This document shows positions 39,100 to 49,473 of a stretch of 64,000 bases of DNA, piece after piece. A model generated the notes under the pieces. The model saw nothing but the letters and a program-made list of their open reading frames with translations, ran no database searches and was not told the origin of the DNA. The stretch lies in sequence record LC727698.1; one strand, given 5' to 3'. The stretch's first letter is position 1, and each line of letters begins with the position of its first letter. A program made the translations under genes and the position numbers.

Positions 39100-39203
39100 C
39101 GCGCTTTACTGCGCGTTAATTTGCGCGTATGCTGCAAAAACACGTAACACTAGAGCTTATATACGCTTATGCTTAAAAAGCTGTATAACGCAATTTATGC
39201 GTT
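39068..39203. repeat. GA/GG/TC/CC-depleted tract E
   Basis: 136 nt with a single GA (39153); shares GCGCG and AAAACACG motifs with the other tracts. Confidence 0.7.
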
Positions 39204-39639
39204 CCTTAACGAACTTGCTTATATAAAATATATAAGATTCTATGTCTTCTTTAAATGTGTTCATAAGCATCATTTATCGGAAATACTTCTGTTAAGTAAT
39301 TTAGCAGGTACAACTATAGGAGCATATAGATTCGAACGTCTCTTAAGCATGGATTATTGTACTATATCAATTGACATGCCACTCGACGACGATTATTTTA
39401 TTGCCTGTAATACAAAAGGAATTATTTCTGTAGCAAAATGTGATCTCATATCAATGAATTTTTATGATTTTGGTACACAATTATCAAATTATTACTTTTT
39501 TAAATACAACAATACACCGAATGGTTCGTTTTTTGTGTATCCATCTAAAAATTATTTAGTACATCCAGAAGTAATATCTTATATAAAGAAATATAATAAT
39601 GAGAGTTTATATAAAAGAACAACGTATTTGCCGGGGTAA
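39169..39639 (+). CDS. Hypothetical protein
   Basis: ORF whose 5' end lies in tract E. Confidence 0.5.
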   Translation: MLKKLYNAIYAFLNELAYIKYIRFYVFFKCVHKHHLSEILLLSNLAGTTIGAYRFERLLSMDYCTISIDMPLDDDYFIACNTKGIISVAKCDLISMNFYDFGTQLSNYYFFKYNNTPNGSFFVYPSKNYLVHPEVISYIKKYNNESLYKRTTYLPG

Positions 39640-39838
39640 TGCCGAAATATACGATATAGTTATCAGACAGGAAGGTTATTTAGAATTTCTAGAAGAAACA
39701 GAAACAGAATACACAGGATTTCTAAATGTTGTTAAAATATACAAATGCACTGATGGGTATCAAAAACGAATTCATACAACAAAACAGAAGTTTTCTTTTC
39801 CGAAAGATTCTGACGAAATACTTATAATAGAATTATAG
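39599..39838 (+). CDS. Hypothetical protein
   Basis: Packed ORF. Confidence 0.5.
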   Translation: MRVYIKEQRICRGNAEIYDIVIRQEGYLEFLEETETEYTGFLNVVKIYKCTDGYQKRIHTTKQKFSFPKDSDEILIIEL

Positions 39839-39848
39839 GAATTTCTGC

Positions 39849-40415
39849 ATGACTACAACTGAGGCAACTCTACTTAGTCTCGCTATCGCTGCAAGTTGTA
39901 TGGTAGCAGACATAATGTATTCTAAAGAATTTGAATACATTACTAACCTTAAAATAAAAGAAGAAAAACTAAAAGAAGAATTTGCTATAAATGATGAAGA
40001 TAAAATAAAATCATACATAGCATTGTGTAAAAGAAGAAAGAATTGCAGGGCAATAGCAGAAGCAATATATTATGAAGCGCGTAGTGAATCTAGGATCGGA
40101 ATGCAAGGTGTAGCATTTACGATATTAAATAGAGCCATGAATCCTACTAGATGGCCCAACACTCCGTACAGTGTAGTTTACTATAAATGCCAATTTAGTT
40201 ATACCTGCGACGGCAGTAGAAAACAAGGTTTTAAAGAAAAAGATAAATGGGATTTAGCTAATATAGTGGCATATAGGGCTATAAATAGACTATCTAGCGA
40301 TCCCACCAACGGCGCTGATCATTATTATGCACCGCACAGAGTAAGCAAACCGTATTGGGCAAAGAAAATGAGAAAAACTGCCAAATTAGGTAATCATGTG
40401 TTTTATAAATCGTAA
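39849..40415 (+). CDS. SleB-like cell wall hydrolase (Hydrolase_2)
   Basis: AEAIYYEARSE...VAFTILNR...WPNT...QFSY...TNGADHYY...LGNHVFY; N-terminal hydrophobic anchor. Confidence 0.88.
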   Translation: MTTTEATLLSLAIAASCMVADIMYSKEFEYITNLKIKEEKLKEEFAINDEDKIKSYIALCKRRKNCRAIAEAIYYEARSESRIGMQGVAFTILNRAMNPTRWPNTPYSVVYYKCQFSYTCDGSRKQGFKEKDKWDLANIVAYRAINRLSSDPTNGADHYYAPHRVSKPYWAKKMRKTAKLGNHVFYKS

Positions 40416-40659
40416 TGAGGATTATACTATGGTATGTAAAACAATAACAAAAGAAATGTTTGAAATGCAATATAATATAAGAAACTATTCTACTGTTGCT
40501 CATATATATATTAGCACAAGAGCAAATATAATAGAAATATATTATAGAACCCCGTTTAACCAGGGCATAGTATTGCAAAATTATTACGTTAACGAAGAAT
40601 GCGACCAATATATACAGTCTTGTAGATTATATAGGGAATATGAAAAAAATAGAATATAA
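40396..40659 (+). CDS. Hypothetical protein
   Basis: GAGGA RBS before an internal ATG (about 40429). Confidence 0.5.
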   Translation: MCFINRNEDYTMVCKTITKEMFEMQYNIRNYSTVAHIYISTRANIIEIYYRTPFNQGIVLQNYYVNEECDQYIQSCRLYREYEKNRI

Positions 40660-40939
40660 AATAAATCTTTTAATCGAAGAAATAAAAGAGTTTAAAAGAA
40701 CAAAAAAAGAACTCAATGAAGATCTAATGCAACATTATACAAAGTTCTATTCAGAACAAGTTAAAGATGTTTATTTTAGATCTTTAAATTTTAGACGAAA
40801 TTCTGTAAAACAGCTTATTAAACAATTGCATACAGTATGTAAACAAGCTAAAATAAAATTACTTTATATTAAAGCTAAGTCTTCAACTAAACAGCAGAGG
40901 CAAAAATGTAATAAAGTAAACGTAACTAGACGAACATAA
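40640..40939 (+). CDS. Hypothetical basic protein
   Basis: Packed ORF. Confidence 0.5.
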   Translation: MKKIEYKINLLIEEIKEFKRTKKELNEDLMQHYTKFYSEQVKDVYFRSLNFRRNSVKQLIKQLHTVCKQAKIKLLYIKAKSSTKQQRQKCNKVNVTRRT

Positions 40940-40955
40940 TATTTTGCGCTATACT
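40927..40955 (+). promoter_or_regulatory. Sigma70-like promoter
   Basis: TAGACG-N17-TATACT. Confidence 0.6.
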
Positions 40956-41013
40956 GTATATCAAGCTAAGAAGCTTAACAAACAACATTAATACAACCGA
41001 GAGGTAATTTGCA

Positions 41014-41373
41014 ATGGCAAAAAGCTACGAAGAAGCATGGGCACTGGCAGAATTTCCCGAGCACTCGAAGGTCGTCGATGGTCAAGTCGGCGGCGTAACC
41101 GAATACGTTCTCCAGGAAATCGACTCCTACTGCATCGTCGACAAGGACGGCAACAAGGTGTGGCTGAACATTCAGGGCAACATGCACCGCTTGCTCGGTC
41201 CGGCCACCCACATCAACGGGAAGAAGAAAAACGCATGGGCAGTGGACGGTGACATCATCCGCACTTGGGATGAATACGAAAAAGCCGTCGGCGACCGCGT
41301 GCCGAAAGAGCACATTATGATGCTCAAGCTTCAACACGGCGACGATCAGTTCGAGTTCGACACCGACGACTAA
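41014..41373 (+). CDS. GC-rich small protein with HRxxGPA motif
   Basis: GAGGT RBS; MHRLLGPA; own promoter and terminator. Confidence 0.8.
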   Translation: MAKSYEEAWALAEFPEHSKVVDGQVGGVTEYVLQEIDSYCIVDKDGNKVWLNIQGNMHRLLGPATHINGKKKNAWAVDGDIIRTWDEYEKAVGDRVPKEHIMMLKLQHGDDQFEFDTDD

Positions 41374-41401
41374 ACCGGCGACGAGTGCGCTAGGTTTATA
41401 T

Positions 41402-41430
41402 AAAATAAGGGACTTTATGTCCCTTATTTT
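41402..41430. terminator. Rho-independent terminator
   Basis: AAAATAAGGGAC-tttat-GTCCCTTATTTT. Confidence 0.8.
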
Positions 41431-41560
41431 ATGTAAGAAATAAACAATATAACGACATTTTTAGTTGAATGTTGCTTGCAATCATGTATTTTTGAATATA
41501 ATAATTAATGTAAAATATTAGTCGTTTCTGTAATTATATTTTCATAATAGGATATATAGT

Positions 41561-42169
41561 GTGTTCAAAAATGAATGTTTATTAGTAGGTGTGACTGAAG
41601 TTATTGCGAATATATTTTTATTTTCTAAATGTGTTTCTGAATGCAAACCAGCTGGCACATATGTAAGTAATCAATCTATAATCTTACGATGGTACTCAAC
41701 TGGTATAGTAAGTGAAGTTATATATAATATCAAAATAGTGCCTTCTGTAAATAATAAATTATTTTTAAATACGATAACATGGTCTGATGGTCATTATGCC
41801 TACCAAGACATTAAAAAACAGACCAAAGTATCAGATGTATTACATACTAATAAATATGAAACTTCGTTTGCTATCCATTTTAAAAACATATCGTTTGATA
41901 TGTTTATTCCTTTTATAGTAAAGGAAGTAAGAGAATGTCAATTTACAATACACGATCTACGGTACATAACAACGATTCCCATAGGATCGCGAAATACCAA
42001 TTATAAAATAATATCGTATGTAAATGATACAGATTTATGTAATGTACATTTTAGTGCCAGGAATTACCTGTACTTTTCATTGACCACATATAATTATAAT
42101 ACTATATATAAACACACATTCAAAATATCAGAACAGTTTAGTATATGGGATATTGATGAAATATGTTAA
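41561..42169 (+). CDS. Hypothetical protein
   Basis: AGGA RBS, GTG start. Confidence 0.55.
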   Translation: MFKNECLLVGVTEVIANIFLFSKCVSECKPAGTYVSNQSIILRWYSTGIVSEVIYNIKIVPSVNNKLFLNTITWSDGHYAYQDIKKQTKVSDVLHTNKYETSFAIHFKNISFDMFIPFIVKEVRECQFTIHDLRYITTIPIGSRNTNYKIISYVNDTDLCNVHFSARNYLYFSLTTYNYNTIYKHTFKISEQFSIWDIDEIC

Positions 42170-42771
42170 ATTTAAAAGAAATAGGAAAGTCTGAATACGG
42201 GAATATATTTGGAGTTAGCTATCTTATATATAACTGCAGACTTTCTAATTTCAATGTAGTTCGAAATTCATGCATAATATGTTTTGAGAGCAATTTTTAT
42301 AATTGTATAATTCATTCGTGCGAATTGGATTTATTTTATTATAAATATGGATCTTTAAATGACGATCCGGAAAATAATATTTATCCCACTGAAATTAAAT
42401 TATTAAATTCAAACAAATTAAAGAAGAATAGAATTTTTTATTCTTATATATCTATAATATCCAAAGCAAATGAGTTATACAAATATATTCCCTATATACT
42501 ATCTAGGATTGCATCCAATTCTATCGTACTTCATAATTACAAAAACTTGAATATAGGTGATTACGGCGGTTTTATACGTGTATGGACATACTGGACTAAT
42601 TCACACATACTCGGAGGACCTAATGTAAGTGTAAATAATTCGGCTATAACTGTTATATTTCCTAAGATCAATAAAACAGAATACAGCATACCTGTAATAG
42701 AATCCTATAATTTGGTATTAGAAATAGATAAAAACTCTAATATAATTTTTCCGGTATTAATAAATGAATGA
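42163..42771 (+). CDS. Hypothetical protein
   Basis: Coupled ORF. Confidence 0.55.
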   Translation: MLNLKEIGKSEYGNIFGVSYLIYNCRLSNFNVVRNSCIICFESNFYNCIIHSCELDLFYYKYGSLNDDPENNIYPTEIKLLNSNKLKKNRIFYSYISIISKANELYKYIPYILSRIASNSIVLHNYKNLNIGDYGGFIRVWTYWTNSHILGGPNVSVNNSAITVIFPKINKTEYSIPVIESYNLVLEIDKNSNIIFPVLINE

Positions 42772-43243
42772 AACCATACAATCTCTCCGAAGAGAAATAG
42801 AATTATTAAAAGATCAAGGTCTAAAATTAAGACATATAAAAAATCCTTGTAAAAAATGTATGGGTTACGGAATTATTTGTTATGGATCTACTGCTATGTG
42901 GAACAGAGGTGCAGTCGGAGGGAATGCAATAACACCCGGCCGGTGCGATTCTTGCTGGGGTTCTGGTGATGAAGATAACCCGTGGGAAAATTTATTAGAA
43001 TTAACAATTCAAAAAAGAACAATAGATACAATCTACAACTCTCTTAAATTGGACGGTTGGATAGAAGTAACGTCCGATACTGTGTTTTTTAAAGGAAGTA
43101 ACCGAGTTGTTACTAAATCTGGAAATATTTTATATGGATATAGAAGTTATTATAATGACAAACAATTAATCTGCTACATCGAAGAACCTAATACTTCAAT
43201 TAATTTAAAAATAACTAGTTGTGTTTTTATACAAAAGTGTTAA
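42764..43243 (+). CDS. Protein with a DnaJ-type zinc finger
   Basis: CKKCMGYG...CDSCWGSG. Confidence 0.65.
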   Translation: MNETIQSLRREIELLKDQGLKLRHIKNPCKKCMGYGIICYGSTAMWNRGAVGGNAITPGRCDSCWGSGDEDNPWENLLELTIQKRTIDTIYNSLKLDGWIEVTSDTVFFKGSNRVVTKSGNILYGYRSYYNDKQLICYIEEPNTSINLKITSCVFIQKC

Positions 43244-43265
43244 AATGTAATATATTTAAAAACTT

Positions 43266-43655
43266 TTGAGATTACCAATGTATAATTTCGAAAAGTTTAT
43301 AACCGAGTATCTGTATAATAAAAAAGAGACAGAGCATTACGGGTATTTTTCTATATATAATTCTATTATTTTAAAGTGTATTTCTGGATGTTCAGATGAG
43401 CACTACGAATTTATTTCTAATTCTTTTATATCATATAAATGTAAAAAGAAATTAATAATAGAATTTTCTGTTAAATCGAAAGATAACATATACCATTCCA
43501 TTAAACTTGCAGCAAAATATCACTCTAAAACAAAAGAAAAGTTAGACACTATTACTAATGTGGATAATTTATTTTTGTTTGAAACAAAAATAGGAATTAT
43601 AGGTAATAATTTGTCTGTATACGTAGATTTAGGCGAAGTGGAATATATTGTATGA
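43266..43655 (+). CDS. Hypothetical protein
   Basis: Packed ORF. Confidence 0.5.
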   Translation: MRLPMYNFEKFITEYLYNKKETEHYGYFSIYNSIILKCISGCSDEHYEFISNSFISYKCKKKLIIEFSVKSKDNIYHSIKLAAKYHSKTKEKLDTITNVDNLFLFETKIGIIGNNLSVYVDLGEVEYIV

Positions 43656-44278
43656 TATACAGTTCGCATGCAAACATATTTAGGTCTGTTGCAAATTCTC
43701 TTATTTTAGAAATTTATAAAATAAACATCTCTTTAGAAAAAATGATAGACGATGGACACGGCGACATATTAGATAGACAAGTAGTTTGCAGGAAAGGAAC
43801 TTGGTTTTCTAAAAACTATTATATAATTTCTTCTTCTGCAAAAGAATTAGTTTCTCTTTCGCCTGCATTTATAGAAATATCAAACATTACTGTATCTGCA
43901 TATACTTCCGGCGCATTAAAAAATAACCCTTTATCTAAAATGAAGGGATTCGACAAATATATGCATAATGTAGGTGATGCACTAACTGCAATTAATTCGT
44001 CTAAGCTTGCAAACAAACTATTTAAATCTATAGAAGAACAAAATATAATTGTTGATAAAGGCAGGGAAGAATATGCGTTATCGCAAAGTTTAATAAAAGA
44101 AAATTGTCATACAAACAAAGGAATGCAATATAAACAATTAGAAGAAATAATTAATACCTATATACGTCAATTACCAGAACACTTACAACACGAAGCAAGA
44201 AACAGAATAAGAAAATCCGATAAGAAACTTAAATCTTTAATTAGTTACGCACAAGAACATAACATAACTTTTATATAG
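43652..44278 (+). CDS. Hypothetical protein
   Basis: ATGA overlap. Confidence 0.6.
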   Translation: MIYSSHANIFRSVANSLILEIYKINISLEKMIDDGHGDILDRQVVCRKGTWFSKNYYIISSSAKELVSLSPAFIEISNITVSAYTSGALKNNPLSKMKGFDKYMHNVGDALTAINSSKLANKLFKSIEEQNIIVDKGREEYALSQSLIKENCHTNKGMQYKQLEEIINTYIRQLPEHLQHEARNRIRKSDKKLKSLISYAQEHNITFI

Positions 44279-44288
44279 TGGAAATATA

Positions 44289-44618
44289 ATGAAAAATAGA
44301 ATTAAACATATTTTGGATTTTTATAACGGATTTTCTTATATAGTCCTATCAAATGTTATATTTCTTTTTAGTTGTATAGTAACTACAGTATTCCTGTGTT
44401 ATGTGTCTAAATTAAATAATATACAAAATTTAGTATCCGATACGGTTTATACAATTATAGTAGTTTTGTATTGTATTATAGGTCTTCTGTGTGGATTAAA
44501 AAGTAGTGAAATAGTAGAATTGATAAAACCGGAGAAAAATATTGCAACTACTGTAGGTGTTATAACCGGCATCACTGTAGTGTTAGTTGCTATGTTGGGA
44601 TGGATATATGCGGCGTAA
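44289..44618 (+). CDS. Hypothetical membrane protein
   Basis: Three hydrophobic segments. Confidence 0.55.
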   Translation: MKNRIKHILDFYNGFSYIVLSNVIFLFSCIVTTVFLCYVSKLNNIQNLVSDTVYTIIVVLYCIIGLLCGLKSSEIVELIKPEKNIATTVGVITGITVVLVAMLGWIYAA

Positions 44619-46035
44619 TAGAAATCTTTCATCTTATAATAGATTGATATCAAAAGTAGCCGTTAAGATTAAAATTCCCCATATGATGAGCGGGAAATTA
44701 AATGGAGCATTTGATCACTATTTTAGTAAGAATATAATAGCAGAGGATGTTGCTATCAGTAGCTGGGCAGGAGATAGCAGACATGCAGGAAGATCATCAA
44801 TATATTCTGACGATATACCGCGTCAATTAATACGCAACACTGCAGGAAATACTTCAGGTTGCACGTCTTACACTAACAAAGTTATTATGAATTATAAAGA
44901 GGATGCCGGAATGACTCAAGTTAACAGAACTTACACACGTAATAGCAACGATATTGAGTTTTCTCTGGAAGAAGAATTCTCTAATGTCTTTAATGAATCG
45001 CCTATAAGAAAAACGTGGGTAGCATTTATAGATTGTAACACAAAGGCAGTAGAAGAAGCATTTAAAACTTGTCTAAGTAAAGAATCGTTTGATATAATCT
45101 CTAAAAAATATACAAATATAACTTCTTATTCGTCATCCGATGCGGAGCGAGATGCAGATGTTGCATCTGAGGAAATTTGGGTAATAGGAAACGAAAAAGC
45201 AGCTATTTCTAGAATTACAGATATTTACGATAGTGTACGATTTATGGTAATTTCTGCAAATGATAGTTGCAATGTAGCTAGGTTTGTAGAAGAATTTGGA
45301 AAAGTATATGCAAATGCATATCCTAAAGTAAAAGAAGAAAAACCGGAAATTAATATTATTGTAGCCGATTCCCACGGCTATGATTTGGAGTCGTTTGACA
45401 TGACTCCTTTGCAAAACGTAGATGTCTTTATTGAAGAAAATTATAACGATGATTTTAAAGACATATCTGAATATATAGTAGAAAAAATTATTAGTTCTAG
45501 TAAAGGTATAACACTCCTTCACGGCGAACGAGGAACTGGTAAAACTAATTTCATCCGATACATTGCAAATAAAGCTAAAAAGAAAAAACTCATATATGTT
45601 CCTTCTGATATGGCTCCGGAGTTAGCTAGACCTCAGTTTGTCTCGTTTGTTATGAACAACAAAGATAGTGTGTTTATAGTAGAAGACGCAGAAAACATTC
45701 TCCGTCCTCGAGAAGGCGGCGGCAGTTCGGCAGTGTCTAATCTTCTTAACATGAGTGATGGTATTCTAGGTGATGCTATTCGGTGTCAGTTTATTTGTAC
45801 GTTTAACTGTAAAATTACAGAAATTGACAGTGCATTGACTCGTAAAGGTCGGTTAAATGCAGAGTACGAATTTAACAAATTAACAAAAGAAAAATCCCAA
45901 AATCTTTTAGATAAAAAATACGGAACAGGAACATATGTAGCAAAAGGCGAAATGACGCTAGCAGACATTTACAATATGGATAATCCTGACTTTAAAGTCC
46001 AGCTTAAGAAACAAAAAATTGGATTCGGGAACTAA
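44587..46035 (+). CDS. AAA+ ATPase (start uncertain)
   Basis: LLHGERGTGKT, FIVEDAE, LLNMSDG, ALTRKGR. Confidence 0.82.
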   Translation: MLCWDGYMRRNRNLSSYNRLISKVAVKIKIPHMMSGKLNGAFDHYFSKNIIAEDVAISSWAGDSRHAGRSSIYSDDIPRQLIRNTAGNTSGCTSYTNKVIMNYKEDAGMTQVNRTYTRNSNDIEFSLEEEFSNVFNESPIRKTWVAFIDCNTKAVEEAFKTCLSKESFDIISKKYTNITSYSSSDAERDADVASEEIWVIGNEKAAISRITDIYDSVRFMVISANDSCNVARFVEEFGKVYANAYPKVKEEKPEINIIVADSHGYDLESFDMTPLQNVDVFIEENYNDDFKDISEYIVEKIISSSKGITLLHGERGTGKTNFIRYIANKAKKKKLIYVPSDMAPELARPQFVSFVMNNKDSVFIVEDAENILRPREGGGSSAVSNLLNMSDGILGDAIRCQFICTFNCKITEIDSALTRKGRLNAEYEFNKLTKEKSQNLLDKKYGTGTYVAKGEMTLADIYNMDNPDFKVQLKKQKIGFGN

Positions 46036-46040
46036 ACATT

Positions 46041-46283
46041 ATGCGTAGATATTTCATTGCATATTTTTCACTAGTATTTGTATTAGCTATATCCGGAATT
46101 ATATATGCGTTAATATATGGATTTGTATTTGCCGGAAAAGAAAACTCTCCTGGATATTCTAATAGTAGGGATAATCTTATTAAAAATATGAATGAATTAT
46201 TAGAACAACAAAAAGCACTAAATTTAGAAATAAAGGAATTAAACAAAGAAATTAATTCTACTCAACAAAATTACAAAATGTAG
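46041..46283 (+). CDS. Small membrane-anchored coiled-coil protein
   Basis: N-terminal TM segment plus heptads. Confidence 0.55.
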   Translation: MRRYFIAYFSLVFVLAISGIIYALIYGFVFAGKENSPGYSNSRDNLIKNMNELLEQQKALNLEIKELNKEINSTQQNYKM

Positions 46284-46308
46284 ACACCTAACAGTAGTTT
46301 CTATATAA

Positions 46309-46341
46309 TAAAACAGGAGCATTAGGCTCCTGTTTTATTTT
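46309..46341. terminator. Bidirectional terminator
   Basis: AAAACAGGAGC-atta-GGCTCCTGTTTT. Confidence 0.75.
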
Positions 46342-47074
46342 TTGAAATTTTAGTCATTATAGTATTATATAAATCATAAGCACGTTTGATTATACGTTTA
46401 TATGCTCTGGGGTTTTCATTTTTAAGAAACATAATATAATTTATGTGTGCATTTTCTATAAATGCATTTATAAATTCTTCTTTTGTTAAGACAGTTCCTT
46501 TTTTGTATAAAAAACTAAATTGATCTACAGTTTGTTCTAAAGCTTGACTTATTCTTGCATTTATTTCGTATGATTGTCTATAATATGTATCTGAAGATGC
46601 CGGATCGTATCTTTTTATTTTTTCATTCTTAAACGGTTGTCCTTTATTTTTATCTAGTGCATGCCTTAACTCATGTACTATAGTTGAAACTACACTCTTG
46701 TTATTACTAAAAGAATTACCATAATAATGAGTATAAACATATATAGTATTAGATACTAAGTTGTATTCTCCTTTCTTTGCACCGTGTTGTCCGGAAATGT
46801 CAAACACTACCTGTATATCTTTAAATTCATTGTATAGATCATCGAATATATCATCAGGAATTATATTTTTTAAAACAACAGTATAGGTACTTAACATTAA
46901 TTGTACAGTCGGCCAATCGTAGTTTTTCAACAACAATTGATCTTCTATTTCTTCTCTGTGTTGCTTTAAATTGTTGAAATATGATATAGCGTTTGCTACA
47001 CACATTTTCGCAATATTTTGAATAATCAGTTCTTCGTCTGAAGTTTCGATTAAATTAATTTCGTTTAGTCGCAC
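46322..47074 (-). CDS. HExxH metallopeptidase-like protein, putative internal virion protein
   Basis: VHELRHALD...YEINARI; N-terminus MRLNEINLIE. Confidence 0.65.
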   Translation of the reverse strand: MRLNEINLIETSDEELIIQNIAKMCVANAISYFNNLKQHREEIEDQLLLKNYDWPTVQLMLSTYTVVLKNIIPDDIFDDLYNEFKDIQVVFDISGQHGAKKGEYNLVSNTIYVYTHYYGNSFSNNKSVVSTIVHELRHALDKNKGQPFKNEKIKRYDPASSDTYYRQSYEINARISQALEQTVDQFSFLYKKGTVLTKEEFINAFIENAHINYIMFLKNENPRAYKRIIKRAYDLYNTIMTKISKNKTGA

Positions 47075-47744
47075 GATTTTCTGCCCTTTTCTTTAATGTA
47101 ACATACAATTCGTAACATCTAGATACTATTCGTTTCCATACTTTTGGATTTTCTTTCTTTAAGTATGTAAGCTGATGACCTTTTGCGAATTTTTCTATAT
47201 TATCTAGAAACCATTCTTTGGATGGTATTTCTTTTGAAGATCCCCAATACTGCAAAAATATAACCTTAAGATCATTTAATAATTCGGCTATTCTTGCATT
47301 TATTTCGTATTTTTGATTTAAATATTCTTTATGTTTATCTGAATTGTTTGTATGTTTATATAATAACGGATTACCCTTAGAACTATCTAATGCATGTTGT
47401 AATTCATGAACTAAGGTATTTGTGTATGTTATATTATTTTTATATGAATCTGGACCTATATCAAAAAGTGCTATGAGATTTTTGCCATCGGTTCTTTGAA
47501 TAAAAGCACCGTTGTATTGTTCTGGATGCTCATTCGCATACGGACGTATTATTAAATCGGAAATGTTATTTAAAACAGGATACTTATCGAAATATTCTTG
47601 TTTTATTAAATCTTTTAGTTTGTATGAATTGTATATTTTATTTTCTGCATTCTTTTCTATAACAAACCATATTATTTTTGCAATAGTAGATAATATTATA
47701 CTTTCGCTTGCCTTTTCCGTTAGATTAAATTCTAAAATTTTCAT
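47055..47744 (-). CDS. HExxH metallopeptidase-like paralog
   Basis: VHELQHALD...YEINARI; N-terminus MKILEFNLTE. Confidence 0.65.
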   Translation of the reverse strand: MKILEFNLTEKASESIILSTIAKIIWFVIEKNAENKIYNSYKLKDLIKQEYFDKYPVLNNISDLIIRPYANEHPEQYNGAFIQRTDGKNLIALFDIGPDSYKNNITYTNTLVHELQHALDSSKGNPLLYKHTNNSDKHKEYLNQKYEINARIAELLNDLKVIFLQYWGSSKEIPSKEWFLDNIEKFAKGHQLTYLKKENPKVWKRIVSRCYELYVTLKKRAENRATKRN

Positions 47745-47750
47745 TATATC

Positions 47751-47945
47751 CTATCCGTTATGTTTCCAATACTGGATAGATTTTTCTTGTTTAGAAACCC
47801 AGTCTTTAGAAGGTTTTCCTTTACCCTCATAATATCTAAGGGGCTTCCCTGTCTTTTTAGAAACAAGTGCCCATTTTCCATTTATATGTTTTAATTCTTC
47901 GTCTAATTCTGACGATTCTAGTATGCATATTTCGGAAAGTTTCAT
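47751..47945 (-). CDS. Small putative internal virion protein
   Basis: N-terminus MKLSEICILE; AGGA RBS; upstream TAAATA. Confidence 0.6.
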   Translation of the reverse strand: MKLSEICILESSELDEELKHINGKWALVSKKTGKPLRYYEGKGKPSKDWVSKQEKSIQYWKHNG

Positions 47946-48030
47946 AATCTTTAATCCTGTATTATATGTATATGCTTATTTATCGCATTATATAACTAAA
48001 TAGTGTTATCTTGTAAAGGAGGAGTTTTCC

Positions 48031-49011
48031 ATGGGAAGACCTATTAAAAGCGATTGGTTTGGTGAAAGCGAAACGGGCCAACCTAAGTTAAGCATATATG
48101 CTAAGTTACCTGGTATGACTAATGCTGCCGAGGGTTTTATAGTAGCACAAAAAGGTACTCGTAAATATAAAGTAAACGTTAACGACACTATAGGCGATGT
48201 CTTTCTAGTTAATTCTAAATTAGCTGATTTAAACGAAGGCGAAGGGGTTATATTCGTAGGCGAAGTAGATAGTGACATAACTGTTTCTAAAATACAACAA
48301 TACGGATTAGTAGCAGTTAATTCCACTGGCGAAATTCAATTCGGCGGACAAACACAATGGGTAGTAGACGAAGAAACAGGATTACAACCTGATACTAGTT
48401 CTGTCCCGCAACCAAGTAATCAAACGTTGCTTGCAAATGCCAGTACTGCATTTAAGAAAGAAAACGGAACATTATGGACTGGTTCGGGAATACCGGCATC
48501 AGGAATGTTAGTATCTAAAAATAATATAATTGAACTTGCATTGTCTGCACACTTGCGCGGTTCTGTTATTAACAGAAAAATAAACGACGACGGTTCGTAT
48601 GATATATCTCTAACTTCTTCAACACAAGATTGGGCGTTTGACTATTGTGTAGGTATTGTATCGCCGGCAGTAACAGATATAACTACAGAATACGACGTTG
48701 TTCTTACTGCATATTGCAATTCAGAAGGTAAAGAACAAAACCCAGCTGTATTTACTTTAGCAAAAGAAGATACATATGTATGGAAAAATACAGTTCTAGA
48801 CGGAGATATTACTGACAGTGCATCCGATCCCGATAATCGGTGTGTTCAAAATACTCTTAGATATACGTTCTTTAAAGATAATGTTGTGCCTCCAGTAGGT
48901 GAAGAAGATCCTATAGTAGGTACATTTATTATCAAATTAGAAGCAACCCATAAAACTAACTTTAATACTGTTAGTGCAAAAATGATAGTTCGTGTAACAA
49001 AAGATTTTTAA
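48031..49011 (+). CDS. Putative virion structural protein
   Basis: GGAGGAG RBS; upstream TAAATA; beta-rich composition. Confidence 0.55.
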   Translation: MGRPIKSDWFGESETGQPKLSIYAKLPGMTNAAEGFIVAQKGTRKYKVNVNDTIGDVFLVNSKLADLNEGEGVIFVGEVDSDITVSKIQQYGLVAVNSTGEIQFGGQTQWVVDEETGLQPDTSSVPQPSNQTLLANASTAFKKENGTLWTGSGIPASGMLVSKNNIIELALSAHLRGSVINRKINDDGSYDISLTSSTQDWAFDYCVGIVSPAVTDITTEYDVVLTAYCNSEGKEQNPAVFTLAKEDTYVWKNTVLDGDITDSASDPDNRCVQNTLRYTFFKDNVVPPVGEEDPIVGTFIIKLEATHKTNFNTVSAKMIVRVTKDF

Positions 49012-49054
49012 TAAAATCTAAACAAAGAAAAGCGCTTTTATATGCGCTTTTCTT

Positions 49055-49083
49055 TTGACACAGTTACTGTTTAATTGTATTAT
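49055..49083 (+). promoter_or_regulatory. Sigma70-like promoter
   Basis: TTGACA-N17-TATTAT. Confidence 0.7.
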
Positions 49084-49114
49084 GCAACAACAAACCGTAC
49101 AGTAGGATACTATC

Positions 49115-49357
49115 ATGCAAGAAATTATAGTGTACAGAAATCCGGTAGAAGCAGCGTTTTGGTCGAGCATGCAAGACGGAAATATTGTACTTTTTCTTGT
49201 GACATTTATGATTATGGCAGTATCATTAGTGGTAATGTTAGTAGCTCTGTATAACACATTTGTTGTTAATAAACGGGTTCGCAATAAATGGATTTATGTT
49301 CCTGTTGTGTTAGGAATTTTAATTTCTATGATAATATGCTACAATCTATTTTTGTAG
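49115..49357 (+). CDS. Small membrane protein
   Basis: AGGA RBS; two TM segments. Confidence 0.65.
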   Translation: MQEIIVYRNPVEAAFWSSMQDGNIVLFLVTFMIMAVSLVVMLVALYNTFVVNKRVRNKWIYVPVVLGILISMIICYNLFL

Positions 49358-49369
49358 AACGAAAATTAA

Positions 49370-49396
49370 TAAAAAGGGCTTAAAGCCCTTTTTATT
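49370..49396. terminator. Rho-independent terminator
   Basis: AAAAAGGGC-ttaaa-GCCCTTTTT. Confidence 0.8.
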
Positions 49397-49473
49397 TGTC
49401 TACACATACCTTTAGCACAAAAATATTGTTTTATGCTACAATGTCCTTACTATAATGTATTGAGAATATATCT

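Noticed and set aside
40975-41337. Antisense and alternate-frame ORFs over 41014..41373
   Set aside because: Same shadow effect; RBS, promoter and terminator support only 41014..41373.
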